64,000 nucleotides of DNA from positions 309 to 64,308 of the forward strand of contig JAFDGZ010000008.1 of NCBI GenBank assembly GCA_019309045.1. The letters are read 5' to 3'. Each line of letters begins with the position of its first letter. The stretch's first letter is position 1. The translations under genes and the position numbers were made by a program. Positions 36,763 to 46,937 of the stretch are shown here, piece by piece. Origin of the DNA: Deltaproteobacteria bacterium (GTDB lineage: Bacteria; Desulfobacterota; Syntrophobacteria; BM002). The notes beneath the pieces were generated by a model. It was not told the origin of the DNA. It made no database searches and saw only the letters and a list, made by a program, of their open reading frames with translations.

Positions 36763-39060
36763 CTACTTGTTCATGCAGACCCGCCGTACTTCGGAGAGGT
36801 CCGTGACTCCCTGGAGCACCTTCTGGATGCCGTCCTGCTTGAGAGTGGTCATCCCTTCCTTCCGCGCCTGCAACCGGATCTCCCCCACAGGTCGGCGAAG
36901 CTGGATCATCCGTTTTATCTTTTCGCTGCCAGTGAGCAGCTCGTGGATGCCCGTGCGGCCGAGGTAGCCCGTATTGTTGCATTTCTCGCACCCCACAGCC
37001 CTGTAAAGAACAAGGTCTGAGGAATATTTCACACCGAGGCGGCGGAAATCATCTATGCCATATTCTAGGACCAGGGTGCGAAAATCATCCTTGGAAGGAT
37101 GATAGGGCTCCCGGCAATGTTTGCACAGAATGCGGACAAGGCGCTGGGCCAGCACACCTAGCAGAGCATCGGCGAAATTGAAGGGATCCATACCCATGTC
37201 CAGGAGTCGGGTGATGGTCTCCGGTGCGCTGTTGGTGTGCAGGGTGGTGAGAACCAGGTGGCCGGTGAGCGAGGCCTCGATACCCATAGCCGCTGTTTCC
37301 TCATCGCGCATCTCGCCCACCATGATCACATCGGGGTCGCAGCGCAGAAAGGCCCGCATGGCCCTGGCAAAGGTCAACCCTATCTGGGGTTTGACCTGCA
37401 CCTGGCGAAGACCCGGCTGGGTGATCTCTACTGGATCCTCGGCAGTCCAGATCTTCTTACCCGGGGTGTTGATATGGGCCATTGCCGCGTGCAGCGTCGT
37501 GGTCTTGCCAGAGCCGGTGGGGCCTACCACCAGGATCATACCATAGGGATACTGGATAATCTGCCGGAAGAGTTCCAGATTCCTTTCAGTCATGCCCAGG
37601 TCCTTGAGGTCCCTGGTCTCTCCTGAAGTGAGGATCCTGAGTACCACATCCTCCAGACCGCTGGTAGTCGGCATGGTAGCCACCCGCAGCTCAATCTTTT
37701 TGCCAAATAGCTTGCCAAATCTGATCTTGCCGTCCTGGGGCAACCGTCGTTCAGCAATGTCCAGATCAGACATGATCTTGATGCGCGACACCACCGCCCT
37801 CTTGTAGCCGTAGGGGACAGTCTGGTAAGGAGTGCAGACGCCATCCACCCGAAATCTAATCTGCATGCTGCGCCGGCCGGGAAGCGGCTCGAGATGGATG
37901 TCTGATGCCCCTCTGTTGTACGCATCAACTATCATTTTGTTGACGAACTGAACCACCACATTATCGGTTTCGTGGACCAGTTCCTCTTCTTCCTGCTCAG
38001 CCTCGTTTTCTACTTCCAGTCGTCCGAGAATGTCGACTATGGAGGTCTGGGCGAGGTTGGACCCGTAAAAGTAATCCAGATATTGCAGGATGTCCTCTTT
38101 GAGGCCCACGCAAAACTCAATGTTGTTCGTCCTGAGAATGTTCCGCGCCATGTCCCGCTTCAATAGATGATTGGGATCGTCCATCAGCACAGTGATACAG
38201 CCATTTTTCTTTTCCAGGGGAACCCAGAGGTTGGATCGCAGGTAGCTCTCTTTCAGATTCTTGAGCAATTCTCCGGGGATGACATGTCTGCTGCTGAAGG
38301 GTATATAGCGCGTGCGGTAGAAATGACTTAGAGCTGTGCCCAGATCATGCTTGCTTATGGCATAATTTGACAGCAGAATCTCCTCCACGTTCATTCCCTT
38401 GCTGCAGGCCTTGGCAATGGCATCTTCGAGCTGCTCCTGGGTCAACAATCCCCTGCTGATGAGGTAGTCGAATTTGGTCGGTCGCCGTCTAGAAGTCTTG
38501 AGCTGGTGATAGAGGGCGTCACCGAGAACGCCGGAAATCTTCTGGGCCAGTTCTTCGTCGGCAGCTGAAAAGGGTGTGCCATCTTTCTTGTTGATCAGTT
38601 GCAGCACTCCCAGAGTGAAGCGATGAAAGCGAATTGGCACCACTAGCATCTGCTCGGTGCGATATCCCGTCTTGGCGTCCCATCTGCGATCGAACCTGAG
38701 CCGGGGGTGGATGCTTCTCAGCTCACCAACATCGTAAGCATTCTTGATATTGACAATTCTACCAGTCTTGGCCACATAACCGGCAACACTCCCCTCGGAA
38801 ATGGGCAGTCTGATTTCACTGATTTCGTGTCCCACCTTGAAGCGCGAGTAGATTTCTTTGGCAGCCACATCCACCACATAGACAGTAATTCGGTCTGCCT
38901 GGGTGAGGCTGAGGAAACGATCTTTGAGGTAGAGGATAATTTCATTGAGGCTGAAAGCGGAGTGCATTTCCTCTGAGATCTCATGCAGCACCGATCTGGA
39001 AGTAAGCGAAGTCTCAGCCTTGTGGAGGTGCGCATGTTCTCCTGCTTTTTTGACTGCCAT
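36763..39060 (-). CDS. GAF-domain GspE/PilB-family secretion/pilus ATPase
   Basis: N-terminal GAF (GSVAGYVA, NKK..FS..DE); ASDIHLEP, RLPQDG, GPTGSGKTT, DPDVIMVGEMRD, CKHC/CEKC. Confidence 0.93.
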   Translation of the reverse strand: MAVKKAGEHAHLHKAETSLTSRSVLHEISEEMHSAFSLNEIILYLKDRFLSLTQADRITVYVVDVAAKEIYSRFKVGHEISEIRLPISEGSVAGYVAKTGRIVNIKNAYDVGELRSIHPRLRFDRRWDAKTGYRTEQMLVVPIRFHRFTLGVLQLINKKDGTPFSAADEELAQKISGVLGDALYHQLKTSRRRPTKFDYLISRGLLTQEQLEDAIAKACSKGMNVEEILLSNYAISKHDLGTALSHFYRTRYIPFSSRHVIPGELLKNLKESYLRSNLWVPLEKKNGCITVLMDDPNHLLKRDMARNILRTNNIEFCVGLKEDILQYLDYFYGSNLAQTSIVDILGRLEVENEAEQEEEELVHETDNVVVQFVNKMIVDAYNRGASDIHLEPLPGRRSMQIRFRVDGVCTPYQTVPYGYKRAVVSRIKIMSDLDIAERRLPQDGKIRFGKLFGKKIELRVATMPTTSGLEDVVLRILTSGETRDLKDLGMTERNLELFRQIIQYPYGMILVVGPTGSGKTTTLHAAMAHINTPGKKIWTAEDPVEITQPGLRQVQVKPQIGLTFARAMRAFLRCDPDVIMVGEMRDEETAAMGIEASLTGHLVLTTLHTNSAPETITRLLDMGMDPFNFADALLGVLAQRLVRILCKHCREPYHPSKDDFRTLVLEYGIDDFRRLGVKYSSDLVLYRAVGCEKCNNTGYLGRTGIHELLTGSEKIKRMIQLRRPVGEIRLQARKEGMTTLKQDGIQKVLQGVTDLSEVRRVCMNK

Positions 39061-39453
39061 GTTACGCTCCCACTCAGAGGCGCCCTCTCAGATGCCAACA
39101 GGCGTCAGGCGCACTTTCACCATTTATGAGCGCAGGTGCTCTTCGAATCATGACCTTTCCCGAGCTGCACCTTGTAGACGGCAACCTGGCAACGGCACAG
39201 TGGTCAATCTGGCCAGCGGCCCACCTCTCTTCTAGCCTCACCCTCGGTCCGCATAGCCGGAGAGGAGGTGGAGTAGACAGAAAGAGCCGCCCCAAATATT
39301 GAGGCGTGGTCAAACTTTTGAGGCCAATTTCGACTTGGCAGGCCACAGCCTTCCAGACCTCGCAACGCTTCAGCAAACATTCAGGCATGCTGCCTGGTAG
39401 CAGCTCGTACTAGATATGCAATAATAACAGATATATGAAGAATTATCAAGCAA

Positions 39454-40308
39454 TCAGTTGCAGGGCGCCGTGAGATGGTTTAGTTTTTTTACGCATCTTT
39501 GGATGATTTTTGGTTTAATAACATTTACTTGCTTAAAGTAACCAGCCAAAAGTGCATTGTCACAAATGATATTTATCAAACGTGGGTAACCTCTGGAAAA
39601 ATTATATACCTCGCGAATCGCCTTTCGGGTAAAAATCTCCCTGGTGGCCCCTGCAAGATGCAAACGGTGTTCTATGTAGTCCTTTGTCTCTTGTTCAGTT
39701 AATGGTTCTATATTAAAGCTAACTTCGATTCTCTTTTGGAATAGAGTAAAATCCTTTTTCGTTAATAATTGCGATAGTTCATTTTGCCCTACCAGATAAA
39801 TGTTTATTGCCTTGCGATAACTCTTTGTCGTTGGTAAATGTGAATCAGTATTATGCAACAAATTATAATTAGAAAAAATAAGTAATTTTTCTAATATAGA
39901 AGGCGATAACTTGTGTGCTTCGTCAATAATCAAAATAACTCTTCTATTAAATTTACATGCTATTCTAAGAAATGAACTAAAATAGGTAATAAATTTGGAT
40001 TCATATTTAAATCTCTTGGCGAAATTAAATGAATCAGCAATTAAATTATAGAAAGACAGTGTATCTAGCGTAGGATTCGCAATAGTAGCCACAAAAGCAT
40101 CATTTTCCAGACCATTAATAAACGCATTCAATATGGTGGTTTTACCCGTACCAATGTCTCCAGTCAGGACTATCAGTGTTTTGTTTTTCTTATGAGCCTC
40201 CTGCAAAGTGGTCAATGCCTGGCGATGCTTGCTCCCGAGCCAGAGAAAATCTGGATCAGGACTTATCTGAAAGGGTAGTTTGTGCAAATTGTAATGGGAA
40301 CAGTACAT
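39454..40308 (-). CDS. Stand-alone ExeA-family AAA ATPase
   Basis: PFQISPDP, GDIGTGKTT, IIDEAH, VGQNEL, GYPRLINIICDNALL. Confidence 0.9.
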   Translation of the reverse strand: MYCSHYNLHKLPFQISPDPDFLWLGSKHRQALTTLQEAHKKNKTLIVLTGDIGTGKTTILNAFINGLENDAFVATIANPTLDTLSFYNLIADSFNFAKRFKYESKFITYFSSFLRIACKFNRRVILIIDEAHKLSPSILEKLLIFSNYNLLHNTDSHLPTTKSYRKAINIYLVGQNELSQLLTKKDFTLFQKRIEVSFNIEPLTEQETKDYIEHRLHLAGATREIFTRKAIREVYNFSRGYPRLINIICDNALLAGYFKQVNVIKPKIIQRCVKKLNHLTAPCN

Positions 40309-40765
40309 GGCGCCGGGCCTGACGTCTCTTTAGGAACCTCACGGTGTTTTTGTGCGCCAGAGAGCAGATCTGTCTATTTCACCACGCCCCTGCAAACACT
40401 GGACTACACTGTGTCACACCCTCACTGCCCTGTCAAGCGCCCTGGTTTACAGTTGTAGCCGCTCGGGTCTGCTCCCCATGTCAATCAAGCCTGACTGCTC
40501 TGCAGTCGTGCTTTGCCTTGCAGCCTGCCCCTCTGCTTGGCCGCAGAAGTGGCGGGCAGTGACACGACATCAGTCAGCAACCAACAAGGCAGCAAGAACC
40601 ATTTATGGCAAACTTCCCGAGGATACCTACCGTAAGATACTATCGTAACTACTTGATTTATATACATAACAAAATATTGACTCGCCTCGAACCATCATCT
40701 TTCTGCCGACGCAGCCGATGGTACCTAAATACTCCCCGCGAGGGGCAGACAAGCTGACATAATTA

Positions 40766-41662
40766 TCAACAGGAGCTTGCACGTAACTCGCTGAGCAGTT
40801 TGTGAAAGGATTCAGAGGAGAAATAGACAACTTTTGTATGAGGACCAAAGGAAATTTCATCACCATCTGAGAGAAGATATTCTTTTTCAGGAATTAACTT
40901 ATTCTTGTTAACAAAAGTACCATTAGCTGAAGCAGAATCAACTAGATAACACTTCTTCTCAGACAAATTAAAACGGATATGGGCATGATTACGTGATACC
41001 AACTTATTATATAATATTATATCATTAGTATTTGCTCTGCCAATATAGATCGATATGTCATCTACATCAGAAGCTTGTTTTGTAATTTCTATTACAGTAG
41101 TACTCAGTGTCCTGGGATCTATAAGCACATTAGACTCATTCTCTGCTATTTTACCGTCGTCAATAATTTCTGTTGTAAATTGCAGAACAGAATTCTTATC
41201 AAAGATAGTCTTAGATTTTTCGACGAGAAATCCGCCTGGAAATATCTCTAAAAATTGCTGCTTTTGCATCTCCCCAAATTTCTCCAGGTAATAGCCAACG
41301 CTCTTGTGTATGCTCTCAACCGTTGCCCGAGATGCTTCAACTTGTTCAAATTGTCTGAAATTTTTGTCAAATCGTACGCCAAACCCACCATGTTCCTCAT
41401 CGATTCTCACTATAGTTCCCCTTCCCTGCAGCCCTATGGTTCTCTCCTGGCCAGTAAAATCGGGAGGGAGGAGGAATGTAATGACTACTGGCTTGCCGAC
41501 TTCACATGAGCGGTATTGACTGGTCTTGATGAAAGCTCCCCCCTGGCTGAGGTTCTCGCTCATTCCTTCTATTACCAGGTCGGTGGAATCAACGCAGTGC
41601 AGCAGCAAGGGAAACTGGCGCCCTAGTCGTCTCTCTTTTCGACGGTCAGTTCCATTCATCAT
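40766..41662 (-). CDS. PilZ-FHA fusion protein
   Basis: RKERR and NLSQGG PilZ motifs; IGR, VSRNHA, SANGT FHA motifs. Confidence 0.85.
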   Translation of the reverse strand: MMNGTDRRKERRLGRQFPLLLHCVDSTDLVIEGMSENLSQGGAFIKTSQYRSCEVGKPVVITFLLPPDFTGQERTIGLQGRGTIVRIDEEHGGFGVRFDKNFRQFEQVEASRATVESIHKSVGYYLEKFGEMQKQQFLEIFPGGFLVEKSKTIFDKNSVLQFTTEIIDDGKIAENESNVLIDPRTLSTTVIEITKQASDVDDISIYIGRANTNDIILYNKLVSRNHAHIRFNLSEKKCYLVDSASANGTFVNKNKLIPEKEYLLSDGDEISFGPHTKVVYFSSESFHKLLSELRASSC

Positions 41663-42027
41663 GTTTGCTGTTTCATTTGAATGGCTCATACACGGCAACG
41701 TACCCCTTTCTGCACAGCGATCTCCTGCATGCGCGGGCATGAATTATTGCCAGAAAAGTGGAGTCATCAAAACCGTGCACTCGCAAGAATTTTAAATATA
41801 TTACAAAATTCGATCAAGGTTACAAGGAAAAAATACATCTTCTCGTTGATTCTCATCCCCGCAGTTGAACCTACAGCCTGCAAATTTCCACAAAAGTTGG
41901 CGTGATAAGACAACCGTCTGTGCCGGCTGTCCCGGACAGCAATCCGCTCCACATACCAACTCACGCAGGCTGAGCTCTTATAGCAGGGATCTCCATCCCC
42001 CAGGTTTTTGGCAGAAAAATATGCAGT

Positions 42028-43101
42028 TCACAAGACCTGCCGTTGGTCGACTTCGTACTGTTTTATTTTATAAAGCAAGGCCTTATAGCTGATTTGCAGG
42101 ATACTTGCAGCTTTCTTGCGGTTCCAACCAGTCTCTATGAGAACGGATCTTATCAACTTGCTCTCAGCCTCCTGCACCGCCCTCCTCTTCACATCCTTGA
42201 GAGAAGGAAATTGTCTTCCAGCTGTTTCATCCAGAAGGCTTTCATCCGGCGAGGTGACAACTTTGGGCTTCTGCCGAGACTCAAGGACTCCCGACGCTCT
42301 CGCCATAAGCTCCGCTTTAACTGCAGGCCAGTCACCGAGAAGAATGAGGCGGTTGACGGTGCTCCTGAGTTCTCTGACGTTTCCCGGCCAAGAGTACTCT
42401 CGAAGGAACTGCACCACGCCGTTGTCATCAAAATGAAACCGGGGTCTTTCCACTCTGGCGGCAGATTGTTGGGCAAAATAGTGAATGAGAGGCTCGATGT
42501 CCTCTTTCCGTTCGCGAAGGGGCGGGATGTATATGCGAATTATGTTCAAACGATAATACAGGTCCTCTCGGAACAATCCCTGCTTGATGCGATGCTCTAT
42601 CTCTTGATTTGTGGCGGCAAGCACCCAGCAATCTACCTGGATGTCTTTTTTACCCCCCAATCTAGAAAACCGCAGATCTTGCAACACCTGCAGCATTTTC
42701 GCCTGGAGCGGCAGCGGCATATCGGCAATTTCGTCTAACAGAATGGTACTCTTGTGCGCCAGTTCGAATTTCCCTATCTTCCTGGCCTCAGCCCCTGTGA
42801 AGGCTCCTTTTTCATAGCCAAAGAGCTCACTTTCGAGCAGTTGTGCCGGGATGGCAGCACAATTAACTTTTATGAGGAGCCTGTTCCGGCGGTCTGACAT
42901 GAAATGGAGGGCATGAGCAACCACTTCCTTGCCAACGCCAGTTTCTCCACAGATCAGCACGTTGAGGTCACTATTGGCCACATGGCGAATAAGGTCTTTG
43001 ATTTTCCGGATAGGCTGGCTCTGGCCCACAAAAAAATGTTCGCCAAACTGCATGGTCGCTCCCAGTGGGAAATCCTTACTGCGATCAGTGACCTGTACCA
43101 C
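42028..43101 (-). CDS. Sigma54-dependent activator (AAA + Fis HTH) without a sensory domain
   Basis: GETGVGKE, GAFTGA, FREDLYYRL, WPGNVREL, WNRKKAASILQISYKALLYK. Confidence 0.93.
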   Translation of the reverse strand: MVQVTDRSKDFPLGATMQFGEHFFVGQSQPIRKIKDLIRHVANSDLNVLICGETGVGKEVVAHALHFMSDRRNRLLIKVNCAAIPAQLLESELFGYEKGAFTGAEARKIGKFELAHKSTILLDEIADMPLPLQAKMLQVLQDLRFSRLGGKKDIQVDCWVLAATNQEIEHRIKQGLFREDLYYRLNIIRIYIPPLRERKEDIEPLIHYFAQQSAARVERPRFHFDDNGVVQFLREYSWPGNVRELRSTVNRLILLGDWPAVKAELMARASGVLESRQKPKVVTSPDESLLDETAGRQFPSLKDVKRRAVQEAESKLIRSVLIETGWNRKKAASILQISYKALLYKIKQYEVDQRQVL

Positions 43102-43492
43102 ACCCTGTGGAGACTACTGCAACGCCAGGAAACGGCCACTTCCAAATATCTTAACACCCCGCAGTGCTAAGCGGCAATATATTACAGCTGCACCCATCTG
43201 AAAAACTGTTTTGCCCTGGCATGTGCTTCATCTGCCTCACAACGAACCCGAGCGGCAAGTGAGCTGTATTTCCCTCACTGTTGCCCTGTGCAGGTTTTCT
43301 CGCCTCACAGGGTCAGCAAAACTGCCTTCTCCTGACTAATGAACAATTGATTTTCACTGATGTTTAACTTATAGTATATTTCATATATTAACAGCAAAAT
43401 CAAAAGGTTAAAATATTGAGCAATCTACTTTCAAGAGCGAAACTGCCCTGGGCCTCTCTTGGGCATGCCCGTTTTGCAGGAAAGGATCCTGT

Positions 43493-43951
43493 ATGGCTGA
43501 CCTCTTCAAGAACTTGCGACCGTACCTTTACACAACCAGTCGCCTGGTCGCTGCCCTTATGATTCTTGTCACCTCTATGGTGTTGTCTAGCTGCGGCCCT
43601 GAAAAACCTGAAAAAGGAGTTGTGGAAATACCCTTTCGCACCATTACTGTCAACCCGGATGCAGTTGCCGCGCTGCTGCCGCTCGTCTCCTGCGGCCGAC
43701 AGCCAGCAGCTCCAGAGATCCCTGCTTCACTTGGCGTCTTGTTCACCTATCTTGCCACAGCCCAGGCGGCAAATCTCGTGGAAACTCGAGCACACGCCCA
43801 AGGCAAATGGCGAATGGAAAAGATCTATTTCCTCGACGACTGCGTAGCTGTACAAATGACGGAAGGCCACTACCTGGAGACTCTCTTTTTCGTTCAATTC
43901 AGCAAAGGTTGGAGGCTGGCCGCCAGAATCAGACCGCAAGATCATGAATAG
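43493..43951 (+). CDS. Hypothetical lipoprotein
   Basis: Hydrophobic stretch ending in lipobox LSSC; AAGGA RBS. Confidence 0.7.
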   Translation: MADLFKNLRPYLYTTSRLVAALMILVTSMVLSSCGPEKPEKGVVEIPFRTITVNPDAVAALLPLVSCGRQPAAPEIPASLGVLFTYLATAQAANLVETRAHAQGKWRMEKIYFLDDCVAVQMTEGHYLETLFFVQFSKGWRLAARIRPQDHE

Positions 43952-44083
43952 AGTCTGCCACTGGTTCCTCATGAAAAGCCGTGGCAGCATTGTATCGGCA
44001 CTGGGAACCTACTGGCCTCTTTTCGAATGTGCCTGGTATGGCATCAGCACCTTTCACGCCATCGGCTGGCCCTAGACTGCTTT

Positions 44084-44881
44084 TCAGGACAGCTCGAGAT
44101 ACTGGGTAATGAGACCATGTTCTCCAGAGGGTGCAGCAAGCAGGGGTTCAGCTACTTTCTGGCCGTCGAGAAAATCGTTCAGATGGAAAGTCTTGCCGTC
44201 CAAGTAGCGAATTTCACCGCCGACCGCCTCCAGCAAAATCTGACCAGCAGCCAGATCCCAAATGTGCACATATTTCAACAGAGCCGCCTCAGCACGGGCC
44301 GAGGCAACATAGCTCAGATGCGCGGCCGTGGATCCCAGGTTTCTGATCTTGCCCGGGAATGAAGAACGAAACTCGTTGTGGAAACGGGAATAAGTAAGCA
44401 GAACCGACTCATTGCTGGCAACGATTTCCGGCCTGGAGGTTAGCGGCGTATCATTCACCATAAGGGTGCGTCCAGCCAAGGCCTTGTACACATCTCCAGT
44501 CACCGGCATATGAAAAAGGCCCAGTATTGGCCAGAAATTTTCATACAATGCCAGTGAGATTCCCCAGATTGGAATACCAGCCTGGAAATTTGCCGTGCCA
44601 TCAACAGGGTCAACGATCCACTGGAACCCTTTGCTGCCGTGGCGGTAGGTGGTCTGAGTCGTCCCTTCCCCCAGAAGTCGGTGTTCGGGATATTGTCGTG
44701 ATATGGAGGTGCTGATAAAGTCTCTGATGACCCAATCCGCCTCTGTTACCAGGGCATCGTCGAATTTGACTTCGGGATTACCCTGGCCATAATATTTGAG
44801 CGCCAGCTTGCCGGCCTCTTTCACAAGTTCCTCAGCAAACTCCAGGAAGGTACTGGCCTCACCCTTTTTCCTTTCTCCCAT
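44084..44881 (-). CDS. Inositol monophosphatase family protein
   Basis: VTEAD, WIVDPVDGTANF, WDLAAG. Confidence 0.92.
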   Translation of the reverse strand: MGERKKGEASTFLEFAEELVKEAGKLALKYYGQGNPEVKFDDALVTEADWVIRDFISTSISRQYPEHRLLGEGTTQTTYRHGSKGFQWIVDPVDGTANFQAGIPIWGISLALYENFWPILGLFHMPVTGDVYKALAGRTLMVNDTPLTSRPEIVASNESVLLTYSRFHNEFRSSFPGKIRNLGSTAAHLSYVASARAEAALLKYVHIWDLAAGQILLEAVGGEIRYLDGKTFHLNDFLDGQKVAEPLLAAPSGEHGLITQYLELS

Positions 44882-45062
44882 AAGCCCTCCTCGTTCCGGG
44901 GCTCAATATACCACGACGTCTGCGGCCAGCCAAGGAAAATACCATTAGACAAATTTGTCCGGGCCACATCCCCTCGTATACGACGGCGCCTGGGGTCGCA
45001 GCCGGAGAACTGCCAGTGCTCTTTTGCTGGACGACAGCACTTTACTACTTCAGCTCAGTGGC

Positions 45063-45797
45063 CTACTGTTTCAGGAATTTTCTTACCTCAGGAGGAAGTT
45101 TTGCATGGCTGAGCAGGGCTCGACGTATAGTAGCGTCTCTCTGCCACTTCTGCCTCCGGGCAATATATTCGAGTGCTGCCCTCGGAGCCAGAGGCGAGCG
45201 TGCTACCTGCAAGACGAAAAAGCGTGAGATATTCGGACGGTGCAACAATCTGAGCAATACCCGCTGGTCTTTGCCGCTCAGGGCAGTGAGTTCATGCAGT
45301 ATCCTTCCTTCACTGTCGAGAAAAACCGCAGAAGTTTCTGCTTCGGAAAGTCTCCTGAAGGCTGTGCCCAGACATTCACGCGCCCTCTGGCGCACCTCAC
45401 TGGGCAGATTGATGTCCTGCATCAGGCGCCGAAGCTCCACGAAGGGAAGATAGCGAAGAATTCTGAAGGCCGTATCGTACGGCAGGATAGGGTTTGTCAA
45501 CAAACGCCTCTTTATGGCATGGTTGGCATACCATTTGCCTGTTCGGCTGATTTTTTCCAGAAGCTGTGGTGAGCGACAACGGTCTATGAGCACCAGAATT
45601 TCAGCCTGGGTAAGACCTTCGTTTTCCAGGAAGGCCATGAGCACCTGTTCGTCTGTTTCGGAAAGAAGTTGCTGGAATGCCTCGCGAGGCGCAATGCGAG
45701 CCAGCTGCCGGCGGGACCCCGCTGGTAGTCGCGGCCAGTTGCCAAGATAGTCTGGTCGCCAGGATTCGTTAGCACCTTTGTGGTCCTGCTGTTGCAC
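45063..45797 (-). CDS. Hypothetical helical-repeat protein
   Basis: Repeated units (FLENEGLT, LLTNPILP, LLHRPNIS, LLSHAKLP); GTG start after GGAG, uncertain. Confidence 0.65.
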   Translation of the reverse strand: MQQQDHKGANESWRPDYLGNWPRLPAGSRRQLARIAPREAFQQLLSETDEQVLMAFLENEGLTQAEILVLIDRCRSPQLLEKISRTGKWYANHAIKRRLLTNPILPYDTAFRILRYLPFVELRRLMQDINLPSEVRQRARECLGTAFRRLSEAETSAVFLDSEGRILHELTALSGKDQRVLLRLLHRPNISRFFVLQVARSPLAPRAALEYIARRQKWQRDATIRRALLSHAKLPPEVRKFLKQ

Positions 45798-46359
45798 AAC
45801 AAACTCCGTGCTCGAAGTATGAAAGCCAGCGGCTGCAGGCAAATCTACTGCAAGAACTGTGCAAACAGGAATTTGATTTGCCTCAATGGCAGAGCTGCCT
45901 TGGGCGCTCTGGGAACACTCCTGAGCCAGATTTCTCCTTGACAGCAAAGATGCAGTTCGCGTAACCTACATACTCTGCAAGCGATACCTGTTGCCAGGTC
46001 CAATTAAGGCGCTCAGCGTAAGGCAACTTGTGATGAAGGGCAGGTGCACAGGCATCGCTGTGAGGGCGCACTCTTCGGCTGCTCGGGGCACAGACCGGAA
46101 ATTTGCAACTCCTTTTATTCCCCGCTGATAGCCCTGCTTGCTCTCTGCTCTGCTGTAAGTCGACGTGCACTGTGGGGAGCGGCACTGCCAGCTCGGTGTG
46201 GCCAGTTCTTCTTGAAATTGCCATGGCAGACCGCAAGGCAGCGCTCTCTTTATGCGTCTCCTACTTTGACCACTGCCAATTGTGCCACTGGTTTAGTTTG
46301 CGTCAGCACTGCCGTGTTATCAGGCGAGGGGCACCTGCTGCAAAGGAAAGGAGAAAATC

Positions 46360-46647
46360 ATGACAAAGACGCACACCAGATTGTTTTCCCTGGTCCTGGT
46401 CATTTGCTTCTGTACCGTGCTGTGGAGCGGCACAATCTGCGCCCAGGAGCAGGAGAAGATCAACATCAACACTGCTACCGTGGAACAGCTATCTACATTG
46501 AAACGCATTGGACCTTCATATGCCCAGAGAATTGTCGAATACAGGGCCGCCCATGGTCCATTTCAAAAGCCGGAAGACATAATGCAGGTCAAAGGGATCG
46601 GCATGAGGACCTATGAGGAAAATAAAGAACTCATAACTTGCGAATAG
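46360..46647 (+). CDS. comEA: ComEA-family helix-hairpin-helix DNA-binding protein
   Basis: Signal peptide; KININTAT, IGPSYAQRIVEYR, VKGIG. Confidence 0.9.
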   Translation: MTKTHTRLFSLVLVICFCTVLWSGTICAQEQEKININTATVEQLSTLKRIGPSYAQRIVEYRAAHGPFQKPEDIMQVKGIGMRTYEENKELITCE

Positions 46648-46810
46648 ATCAGGAAGATTTTCAACACAGCTGTCCCTCGCCCTTTTCACTTACTTTGTTG
46701 AGATATAGATCTCTACCCCAGATTCTGAAACTGCAGAGTGCTGCTAGTTTTTCATGGCAGACAAGCGAGCAGTTGCTGTGAGGGCCAAAGGAATTCCTTG
46801 TTAAAAGAGC

Positions 46811-46838
46811 TTGACAACCTTCCAGCAGTAACTATTCT
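46811..46838 (+). promoter_or_regulatory. Putative sigma70 promoter
   Basis: TTGACA-N16-TATTCT upstream of the DegT gene. Confidence 0.5.
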
Positions 46839-46937
46839 GAACCGAAATCAAAAATGAGGCTTGAAGCGGCAGAGGCACACCGGTGCAAAGACCTGCCAGA
46901 GGGATTTCCAGCTTATATCTGGAGGACAGTTTATTCG

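Noticed and set aside
40310-43490. Sigma54 promoters in the accessory-module spacers
   Set aside because: Candidates such as TGGCAATAATTCATGC and GGGCATGCCCGTTTTGCA have 11-12 nt between GG and GC instead of the required 10.
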